DNA from: an uncultured Gammaproteobacteria bacterium
Lineage (GTDB): Bacteria; Pseudomonadota; Gammaproteobacteria; Steroidobacterales; Rariloculaceae
Direction: 5' to 3'
Length of the DNA: 52,655 bases
Assembly (NCBI GenBank): GCA_913041665.1
Contig: CAJWKT010000001.1
Location: forward strand, 1-52,655
In this document: one piece after another, positions 45,714 through 52,655 of the stretch
Numbering within the stretch: the first letter of the stretch is position 1
Layout of the letters: the number at the start of each line of letters is the position of its first letter
Position numbers and translations under genes: made by a program
The notes under the pieces: generated by a model
Told to the model about the DNA's origin: nothing
Seen by the model: the letters and a program-made list of their open reading frames with translations, nothing else
Databases searched by the model: none

Positions 45714-47210
45714 GTGGGCAAGCACACTGGCTTCATGGAGTACCCGAAAAAAAACGTCCCCTATCGGGATGCTAACGAGCGCCTCAACGATTTCAACGAG
45801 ATTTTCACTGAACCGGATGGAGAGCATTTAAAGCTGCAGGGGGCACGGTGCATGGATTGTGGTGTCCCGTTTTGCCAATCTGCAACGGGTTGTCCGATCG
45901 ATAACCTGATCCCGGAATGGAACGACTTGATTTATCGTGGGCGTTGGCGGGAAGCTTTGGACCGCCTTCACAAGACAAACAATTTTCCTGAGTTCACTGG
46001 GCGCACCTGTCCTGCGCCTTGTGAAGGCGCGTGCGTGTTAGGGATTACTGACCCGGCGGTAACCATCAAGAATATTGAGAATGCAATCATCGACCGGGGT
46101 TTCGCCGAGGGGTGGGTAAAGCAGGAAATACCTACTACCCGTTCCGGCAAACAAATCGCTGTGATTGGTTCCGGCCCCTGTGGATTAACTGCAGCGGACC
46201 AACTGAATAAGGTTGGTCATACAGTTACCGTTTACGAACGTGCCGATCGGATAGGTGGGCTACTCTTGTATGGGATACCCAACATGAAGCTTGACAAGGC
46301 CGTGGTCTCGCGTCGTATAGAGCTTATGAGGGGTGCAGGTATTGATTTCGTAACGAATGCGGATGTGGGGAAAGAAACCGACGTAAAAAATCTTATGGGC
46401 GAGTTTGACGCGTTGCTACTGGCCACCGGTGCGACGGTTCCACGTGACTTAGTTATTCCAGGGAGAGAGCTTAAGGGCATTCACTTCGCCATGGAATTTC
46501 TCACTGAAAATACACGAAGCCTCCTGAACAGTGAATTAAAGGATGAGCTATACATAAATGCGAAGGACAAAAAAGTCATTGTCATTGGTGGCGGAGATAC
46601 GGGCGCTGATTGTATTGGGACCGCATTGCGGCATGGTTGCAATAGCGTTGTGAATTTTGAGTTGCTCTCTGAGCCACCAGCTGAGCGCGCGACGGATAAC
46701 CCTTGGCCAGATTGGCCAAAAATTTTCCGGACCGAGTACAGCCATTCAGAAGCAAAGGCGCGGTTTGGTTCCGACCCGCGTAACTACAGTGTTGTGACAA
46801 AGGCATTCCTTGATGACGGGGCCGGGAACATTGGAGGTTTAAGTACTGTCCGAGTGGATTGGAGCCACAAAGGTGGCCAGCAGGAATTAGTCGAAATTCC
46901 AGGAAGTGAAGAACATTGGGAAGCAGATCTTGTTTTGCTGGCGATGGGATTTTTGGGCCCCGAGGGCTATCTACCTGAAGCCATTGGAGTGGAGTTGGAT
47001 AACCGCTCGAACTACCGGGCAAAGCATGGGGATTTTCAGACCACGGTACCGGGGGTATTCGCTGCGGGGGATTGTCGACGTGGCCAATCGCTTGTGGTCT
47101 GGGCAATCAATGAGGGGCGTGGAGCTGCCCGGGCTATGGATGAATATTTAAGTGGTCACAGTACATTACCCGCTCCTGGTATGACTATGGGAACAGCAGC
47201 AAATCTGTGA
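45714..47210 (+). CDS. gltD: Glutamate synthase small subunit
   Basis: Fe-S cysteines ([18 protein letters not shown]), the [13 protein letters not shown] dinucleotide fold, and [12 protein letters not shown] start 11 nt after gltB. Confidence 0.93.
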   Translation: MGKHTGFMEYPKKNVPYRDANERLNDFNEIFTEPDGEHLKLQGARCMDCGVPFCQSATGCPIDNLIPEWNDLIYRGRWREALDRLHKTNNFPEFTGRTCPAPCEGACVLGITDPAVTIKNIENAIIDRGFAEGWVKQEIPTTRSGKQIAVIGSGPCGLTAADQLNKVGHTVTVYERADRIGGLLLYGIPNMKLDKAVVSRRIELMRGAGIDFVTNADVGKETDVKNLMGEFDALLLATGATVPRDLVIPGRELKGIHFAMEFLTENTRSLLNSELKDELYINAKDKKVIVIGGGDTGADCIGTALRHGCNSVVNFELLSEPPAERATDNPWPDWPKIFRTEYSHSEAKARFGSDPRNYSVVTKAFLDDGAGNIGGLSTVRVDWSHKGGQQELVEIPGSEEHWEADLVLLAMGFLGPEGYLPEAIGVELDNRSNYRAKHGDFQTTVPGVFAAGDCRRGQSLVVWAINEGRGAARAMDEYLSGHSTLPAPGMTMGTAANL

Positions 47211-47857
47211 AGAAGGGCGTACTTCTGAGTTCCACCCTTAGTGTCGTAGATCCCGGAAAGGCTTTGCCGGGACGCAACTCAGCGCTTCAGGTGCAAGCTG
47301 AGCATGCCGTGCATGGCCGGACTATCAAGCCACCGTTCCCAAAGGACTGCGAAACTGGGGTATTTGCTATGGGTTGTTTCTGGGGCGCAGAGCGACGCTT
47401 CTGGGAACTTGATGGTATTTATTCAACAGCGGCTGGATACGCTGGGGGCTACACACCCAACCCGACCTATGAGGAAGTTTGCAGCGGCCTCACGGGGCAT
47501 ACCGAGGTGGTATTGGTGGCCTACGACCCCAAAGAGATACCCTACGAAACTCTATTAAGGATTTTTTGGGAAGCCCATGATCCTACGCAGGGCATGGCCC
47601 AGGGAGGAGACAGGGGAACGCAGTATCGTTCTGCCGTATATACGCGCAGGAGGGAACAAGAACAATTGGCTCTGGTTAGTCGGGATCATTATCAAGCACA
47701 GTTAAATAGGGCAGGTCACCGGCGGATCACTACGGAAATTTCTGAGGCACCAACGTTTTTCTACGCTGAAAATTATCATCAACAATATCTTGCCAAGAAT
47801 CCCTATGGCTACTGTGGCTTGGGAGGCACCGGCATCACATACGATCCAGCTGCCTAA
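47207..47857 (+). CDS. msrA: Peptide-methionine (S)-S-oxide reductase
   Basis: [10 protein letters not shown] active site, [18 protein letters not shown] and [14 protein letters not shown]. It is collinear from near the N-terminus with E. coli MsrA as recalled. The GTG start overlaps the gltD stop (GTGA). Confidence 0.9.
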   Translation: MKKGVLLSSTLSVVDPGKALPGRNSALQVQAEHAVHGRTIKPPFPKDCETGVFAMGCFWGAERRFWELDGIYSTAAGYAGGYTPNPTYEEVCSGLTGHTEVVLVAYDPKEIPYETLLRIFWEAHDPTQGMAQGGDRGTQYRSAVYTRRREQEQLALVSRDHYQAQLNRAGHRRITTEISEAPTFFYAENYHQQYLAKNPYGYCGLGGTGITYDPAA

Positions 47858-47870
47858 TTTTTTGTAAAAA

Positions 47871-49958
47871 CTAACTGGACGTAGCTGGCAGGTAAATCTT
47901 GAAAATCACACCGCTACCGTCGGGAAGATTATCTGCCCGGCGCCTACCCTCATGAAATTCAACGATCAGGTTTACAATATATAGGCCCAGCCCTAGATGT
48001 TCGCCTTCCCTGTTACCTTCCCGCACTGAAACCAAAGAATCAAAAAGCTTGTCATGCATAGTTTGTGGAAGGGTGGGGCCTTGATTGCTGATTGAGATAC
48101 AAAGTTCTTTGTCGGTCCTTTTGAGTTCCACTCCGATTTTGCTGCCCGGCGGGCTGAAATCGACCGCGTTATTAACTAGCTTGTCGAGCATCTGTAACAT
48201 TAAATCCGGCGATCCTAGTATCGTTGCAGCTGATAATGTGCATTGCCATTCGAACATGCGATCTGCATGAGTATCCCGGTACGTTCTTACAGCACCCTCG
48301 AGAAGCTGTTTCAAGTCAACTACTTCTTTTGGCTCGTCTTCGATAGTCCGCTCCACTTGATTGGCTTCGGCCATGCGATTGAGAATATTTTCGAGGTGTT
48401 CGGTGCCGCGCCTGAGACGTTTTAGGTAAGGTAACTGTGAGTTGCTGGCCGGTTCGTGTTCTAGATTTTCCAAAGATGTAAATATTGTACTGAGCGGCGT
48501 GCGCAGCTCATGGACGAGTGTTCTTTTTAGAGTACGCAAATATTCCGTGTAATCGTGCAAGTTCTCTAAAACAGTATTAAAACTACGAGCCAAGCCTCCG
48601 ATTTCATCATGTGCTTTGCGGCCGGGCATATCGAACGCGATCTCGCCTTCGGGACTTAGCACTGTTTCAGCAGCGCTAGCCAGCCGGCGGATTCTTCCAG
48701 CCAGACGGGCACTGTAACTCGCGAGAAAGACAACAATGATCAGGCTTATCAATAAAGTTAGGCCCATGAAACGCACTAATTCTGCATCGGCCAGTGTTAG
48801 ATACTCACTCCCCTGTTCAAGGATCACTGCGCCCCGAATGCCCGTGCCATCTGTGGCATTAATAGGAGCGGCCGCTGCCAAGATGGCGCTGCTATTTGTC
48901 TCGCGCCTGTACCAGGCTACCGATTGTTGGCCCTCAAGTACTTTACGGAGGGCCTCATCCGCTATATGTCCCGGGGGATCTTCCATGTTCCGGTAGGATG
49001 AATCGCCGCGACGGAGAATCCAACCCACAATCAGTTCCGGGAGCGGTGGTTCTCCGGATATGATGTCTGCGATGGTTGCCGGCTGTCCTTCGTCAAACGA
49101 TACCCATCCATTGCGGTCCACGAATCTCAGGCGTCTATCAGGCCTCCCAAACCGGTTGGTAGCCAGATCATGCAGGTCCGCGGGCTGATGGAGAAAGCGA
49201 GGGATATCATTTTTTTTAAAATCCTCTTTTTTTCCCGGGGACCATCCAAGGAGGTCATACTTCATGTCTGGAGTTGATTCTGCCCCTGGATCTACTTCAA
49301 TAACCGATAGGCCCAGAGTTTCTCCCACCTCATCAAGAGGAACCTGCAGCTCGAGCGAGTAACCTTTTTGTGTTTGCCTGAAATATCCGCGCGAATTTTG
49401 CCTGTATTGAATGCGTGGTGCGAAATTGCCTGGGGTTGTGTAATGTGGAATCACCGTACCTTCAGCAGCGCTAGTACTGAACACCAGAAACCGATTCAGT
49501 GCGCCGAGGTGTAAAACAACCCGGTCGCCACTTGTCTCTGTCTGGGGATTCTCAAGAACCTGCTGAAGGTCCATAACGTCGAAAAAGAGATAGAGGTTAC
49601 GATTTGTTGTGCCGGCCCAATACTGGTGCTCTTCGACTAAGGTGGTCCCAAAATTTATGTCCGGAACCCAGTCATCCCGTCGACCATCAATTGCCGGTGT
49701 TGATGATAGAGGGTGGGCATATATTGTTTGACGGTCAGATTCAGAGTTCCCGGGTGTTTGGGTTTCGGAGGGAAGTCCAGCCAGGGAAAATTCGGGGTTT
49801 GTTGCAAGTGCTTGGGCTATCCTTTTCGCGTCTGCAAGCACAGAGTGCTCCAAGCCGCTACGAAGCACGCCCTCCATTTGTTGGATGTACAGGTAATTGA
49901 TCCAAGGAATTATGAGGACGAACAGGCCACCGCATAAGAACTTGAAACGCAACGACAT
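47871..49958 (-). CDS. Sensor histidine kinase with a ~380-aa periplasmic domain
   Basis: One N-terminal TM helix, a large extracytoplasmic region (containing PAIDGRRDDW), a second TM helix, a HAMP-like linker, the H-box VHELRTPLS and N/G boxes (NNAVDF, GLGLYIV). I prefer the start at ATG 49958, 4 nt after the regulator stop; the track ORF extends to 50012. Confidence 0.85.
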   Translation of the reverse strand: MSLRFKFLCGGLFVLIIPWINYLYIQQMEGVLRSGLEHSVLADAKRIAQALATNPEFSLAGLPSETQTPGNSESDRQTIYAHPLSSTPAIDGRRDDWVPDINFGTTLVEEHQYWAGTTNRNLYLFFDVMDLQQVLENPQTETSGDRVVLHLGALNRFLVFSTSAAEGTVIPHYTTPGNFAPRIQYRQNSRGYFRQTQKGYSLELQVPLDEVGETLGLSVIEVDPGAESTPDMKYDLLGWSPGKKEDFKKNDIPRFLHQPADLHDLATNRFGRPDRRLRFVDRNGWVSFDEGQPATIADIISGEPPLPELIVGWILRRGDSSYRNMEDPPGHIADEALRKVLEGQQSVAWYRRETNSSAILAAAAPINATDGTGIRGAVILEQGSEYLTLADAELVRFMGLTLLISLIIVVFLASYSARLAGRIRRLASAAETVLSPEGEIAFDMPGRKAHDEIGGLARSFNTVLENLHDYTEYLRTLKRTLVHELRTPLSTIFTSLENLEHEPASNSQLPYLKRLRRGTEHLENILNRMAEANQVERTIEDEPKEVVDLKQLLEGAVRTYRDTHADRMFEWQCTLSAATILGSPDLMLQMLDKLVNNAVDFSPPGSKIGVELKRTDKELCISISNQGPTLPQTMHDKLFDSLVSVREGNREGEHLGLGLYIVNLIVEFHEGRRRADNLPDGSGVIFKIYLPATSS

Positions 49959-49962
49959 GTGT

Positions 49963-50694
49963 TTATCCGGATATCCAGCGATACCCACGGCCATAGACAG
50001 TTTGAATAGCATCGAAGTCTTGATCTACAGTGGTGAAACGCGCACGCACGCGTTTTATCTGCTGCGTGACTGATGCATCTTCCAGAACTACATTTCGGTC
50101 TCTGTTATCCCAGCGTGGATCAGCGTTAACCGGCGCATTCATGAGCTCGCTGCGACTAAAAGGACGCCCCGGTTGACTCGCCAGTAATTGAACTATCCAG
50201 AACTCTGTTAAATTGAGTTCTACGGGCTTTCCTTTCCATTCTGTTTCTATTCGAATAGGGTCCAGTTTCAATGAACCTTCATTGAGTATTCTTTCTTGAT
50301 CTGCTCGCGGATTTTTTAGTGCCTCTGTCCTGCGAAGTAAGACCCGGATCCTAATCATTATAAGATCGAGGCTCGTACTCTTGGTTACATAATCATCGGC
50401 TCCCCTGGTAAGGCCAGCTGCTTGGTTGATCTCACCTTCTTTAGCCGTCAGGATCATGATCGGTAGCGTTTCAGAACGAGACCGAAGCTCTGAGCAGAGA
50501 TCAAGTCCGTCCATTCCTTCGCCTAGATTTATGTCGATAATGACCAGGTCTGGAAGTTTATTCTGAAACGCCTCTAGGGCTTTCTCTCCGCTGTCGTAGC
50601 CCCGACTCTTATAGCCGTCTCGGCGTAGTGCGTCGACATAATTGTTTTGCACATCCGTTTGGTCTTCAACAATAGCAACGAGCTTTCCCGGCAT
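49963..50694 (-). CDS. OmpR/PhoB-family response regulator
   Basis: REC domain (VAIVEDQ, DLVIIDINL, ILTAK) and a winged-helix C-terminus (LTEFWIVQLL...VYGRGYRW). It lies immediately upstream of the kinase. Confidence 0.88.
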   Translation of the reverse strand: MPGKLVAIVEDQTDVQNNYVDALRRDGYKSRGYDSGEKALEAFQNKLPDLVIIDINLGEGMDGLDLCSELRSRSETLPIMILTAKEGEINQAAGLTRGADDYVTKSTSLDLIMIRIRVLLRRTEALKNPRADQERILNEGSLKLDPIRIETEWKGKPVELNLTEFWIVQLLASQPGRPFSRSELMNAPVNADPRWDNRDRNVVLEDASVTQQIKRVRARFTTVDQDFDAIQTVYGRGYRWISG

Positions 50695-50740
50695 ACCCTA
50701 GAGTGTACACCCTGCAAGGAGCCACGACCGTACGCCCCAC

Positions 50741-51595
50741 TTACCCCATGAGACCCTTAAGTTTATTAATGGCATTTGCTTCGATTTGACGAATGCGCTC
50801 AGCAGAAACCTGGTACTCAGATGCTAGCTCGTGCAGGGTGGATTTTTTTTCACCAAGCCAGCGTTGTCTAACAATATCTTGGCTGCGCTCATCCAGTCCG
50901 CCCAAAGCGTGTGTCAAACGTTCGTGAGAGTCCCTCTGCCAGTCATGTCGCTCTACTGCTTCAGCCGGATCGCTGTTAGGGCTAGGTAAATAGGCGGATG
51001 GTGCGAATTCCTCGTCTTCACATGGGGAAGGATCAAAAGAGAGGTCGCGACCCGCCAGACGTTGCTCCATCCGAGTAACCTCTTGGGCACTAACACCAAG
51101 GTCTTGGGCGACAGCTGCGGTTTCAGCCGCAGACAGCCAGCCTAAGTGCTTCTTCGCGCCACGTAGATTAAAAAAAAGTTTCCTCTGGGCTTTGGTTGTT
51201 GCTACCTTCACCTGGCGCCAATTTTTTAAAACAAATTCGTGTATCTCTGCCCGAATCCAGTGAACCGCGAACGACACGAGCCGAACTCCAACAGTAGGAT
51301 CAAAGCGCTTCACTGCCTTCATAAGGCCAACATTGCCTTCCTGCACTAGGTCGCTCAGCTGTAGTCCGTAACCGGAATAACCCCGCGCAATGTGGACAAC
51401 AAAGCGCAGATGCGACAGAACTAGGCGTTGCGCAGCTTCTAGGTCGCCGTTTTTCTGAAGTTGGGTAGCAAGCTTGGATTCTTCCTCTGCGCTCAGGATG
51501 GGAATAGCGCCCGCGGCCTGGATGTAGCTATCCAGACTTCCAATCGGGCCGGAAAGAACGGCCTCGTTATCTTTAAGAGCTACTATATTCGTCAC
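50741..51595 (-). CDS. rpoH: RNA polymerase sigma-32 factor
   Basis: The RpoH box QRKLFFNLR is present, with sigma-70 regions 2 ([17 protein letters not shown]) and 4 ([16 protein letters not shown]). 284 aa, GTG start, in the conserved position after ftsX. Confidence 0.93.
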   Translation of the reverse strand: MTNIVALKDNEAVLSGPIGSLDSYIQAAGAIPILSAEEESKLATQLQKNGDLEAAQRLVLSHLRFVVHIARGYSGYGLQLSDLVQEGNVGLMKAVKRFDPTVGVRLVSFAVHWIRAEIHEFVLKNWRQVKVATTKAQRKLFFNLRGAKKHLGWLSAAETAAVAQDLGVSAQEVTRMEQRLAGRDLSFDPSPCEDEEFAPSAYLPSPNSDPAEAVERHDWQRDSHERLTHALGGLDERSQDIVRQRWLGEKKSTLHELASEYQVSAERIRQIEANAINKLKGLMG

Positions 51596-51623
51596 AAGCT
51601 GTTATCCCTTACGAAGATACAAT

Positions 51624-51652
51624 ATTAGCACTCTACAATATAGAGTGCTAAT
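51624..51652. repeat. Perfect inverted repeat (12-bp arms, 5-nt loop) between ftsX and rpoH: probable ftsX terminator or rpoH regulatory hairpin
   Basis: attagcactcta-caata-tagagtgctaat, read directly. It lies 53 nt downstream of the ftsX stop and 29 nt upstream of the rpoH start on the minus strand. Confidence 0.6.
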
Positions 51653-51704
51653 TACTGGTCTTTTTTCTAGGAAATTCAACATATTTTCATTGATAAATTA
51701 GGTG

Positions 51705-52625
51705 TTATGTAGGTTCAAAGGCGCGCAAATGACGCACCGCAGCCAACCCAGCTCCGGCCCATCCTAGGGTCGCACCAGCCCCTAATAGTAGCGCTGTTTC
51801 AGGAAGCGTGAGTCCACTGATTTGATAATTAGAGCCGTACAGCGCTGCCAGGGAATTAGCTGGATTCCCTAGGAGCAATAAGGAAAGAGCGATCAAGCAC
51901 CCTGCCATCAGCCCCCCAAGGAGGCCGTACAAGAAACCCAGGTAAAGAAAGGGGCGCCTGACAAACCCATCACTTCCGCCAACTAGTTTCACAACCTCAA
52001 TCTCCTCACGCCGGCCGCCGATTTCTAGGCGAATAGTATTTCCTATCACCAATATGACTGTTAGGCCGAGTAGGGCGGTAGCAAGATCAACTAAGCGCCG
52101 AGTCAATTCCAGAATCCCCCGCAATCTTTCCACCCAATCTGTATCCAGTTGTACGAAAGCTGTTTGAGCCAGTGACTCCAGTGCATTGACCAGCTCTTCT
52201 ACGTTACCTTCGATGCCACCGGCAGGCCTTACTATAAGAGAGTGGGGAAGGGGGTTTTCTTCTAGGGCCTCTAGAGCTGCACCAAGGCCTGAGTGGGTGC
52301 GAAATTCCTCTAGTGCTTGATTGCTACTTATTAGCTGCACTTGACTAACGTCGTTTCTTAACTCCACTTCAACTGCCAAACGCCTAGCTTCAAATTCATC
52401 GACGTCCATTTTCAGATAGACCGACAAATCAGTTGTCCCTTCCCAGGTATCGCTCAGGAGTTCAGCATTAGTCAGGAGTACACGCAATCCAGCGGGTAAT
52501 GCTAGAGCAATGGCGATCACGGAAATCGTCATTAGACTGCTCAGTGGTTGTCGCGATAGACGTCCGAATGCCCCCAGAAAATTCTGGAGGTGGATGGACC
52601 CATAATGAATAAGAAATTTAATCAT
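51705..52625 (-). CDS. ftsX: Cell division ABC transporter permease-like protein FtsX
   Basis: 306 aa with four TM segments, a periplasmic domain between TM1 and TM2, and C-terminal FtsX-type helices (VKLVGGSDGFVRRPFLYLG). It lies upstream of rpoH as in E. coli. Confidence 0.88.
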   Translation of the reverse strand: MIKFLIHYGSIHLQNFLGAFGRLSRQPLSSLMTISVIAIALALPAGLRVLLTNAELLSDTWEGTTDLSVYLKMDVDEFEARRLAVEVELRNDVSQVQLISSNQALEEFRTHSGLGAALEALEENPLPHSLIVRPAGGIEGNVEELVNALESLAQTAFVQLDTDWVERLRGILELTRRLVDLATALLGLTVILVIGNTIRLEIGGRREEIEVVKLVGGSDGFVRRPFLYLGFLYGLLGGLMAGCLIALSLLLLGNPANSLAALYGSNYQISGLTLPETALLLGAGATLGWAGAGLAAVRHLRAFEPT

Positions 52626-52655
52626 ACTTGAGTGACTATCCCCAGGGAATCATCG

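Noticed and set aside
46582-47106. Long antisense ORFs inside well-supported genes: 174 aa antisense to gltD, plus 38583..39074, 18121..18546, 34832..35257, 20943..21404, 35038..35614 and 7069..7401.
   Set aside because: Each lies fully within, and opposite to, a gene with strong family motifs. Their translations are low-complexity (Pro/Arg/Ser-rich) with no motifs, which is typical of chance ORFs opposite coding sequence.
1-52655. CRISPR arrays, IS elements, integrases or transposases, toxin-antitoxin pairs, and known defence systems.
   Set aside because: I scanned the intergenic regions and the ORF translations. I found no regularly spaced direct repeats with spacers and no DDE, tyrosine or serine recombinase motifs. 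No recognisable defence gene signatures were found either.

Overview
This 52.6-kb window looks like a chromosomal segment of a gammaproteobacterium, judged from gene content and synteny; no rRNA gene or intact tRNA gene is present. It splits into two parts.

(1) Positions 1 to about 13,540 are a patchwork accessory region. A 68-bp perfect direct repeat (1..68 and 3281..3348) brackets dbpA, a CspA-family gene and phage gene debris. Two orphan tRNA 3'-end-like fragments lie in inverted orientation. A visibly AT-richer, all-plus-strand island follows. It carries two paralogous MORN-variant (YwqK-like) lipoproteins, an overlapping P-loop kinase plus minimal NadM-like nucleotidyltransferase pair, a very AT-rich yaaA, a class-3 aldehyde dehydrogenase, a signal-peptide VOC protein, a short RmuC-like protein, a two-domain 2OG-Fe(II) oxygenase, a saccharopine-dehydrogenase-like reductase and an alkylglycerol-monooxygenase-like hydroxylase.

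(2) Positions 13.5 to 52.6 kb are housekeeping core: xthA-prlC, gor, aroE-tsaC-topA-smg, def-fmt-rsmB-DUF4390-ntrY-ntrX, SPOR-argS-priA, pntAA-pntAB-pntB, an AGCS symporter with a FadI-like thiolase, gltBD-msrA, a two-component pair, rpoH and ftsX.

I found no CRISPR array, integrase, transposase or recognisable defence system. The most interesting items:
- the repeat and tRNA-fragment architecture at the left end
- the kinase/nucleotidyltransferase pair
- a possible ether-lipid cleavage gene set
- the two-domain dioxygenase
- absence of dprA from its conserved slot
- an NtrX-like regulator with degenerate ATPase motifs
- an SD-preceded Phe/Tyr-rich uORF in front of gltB

All family assignments rest on motifs read from the translations and on remembered reference sequences. 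No database search was run.
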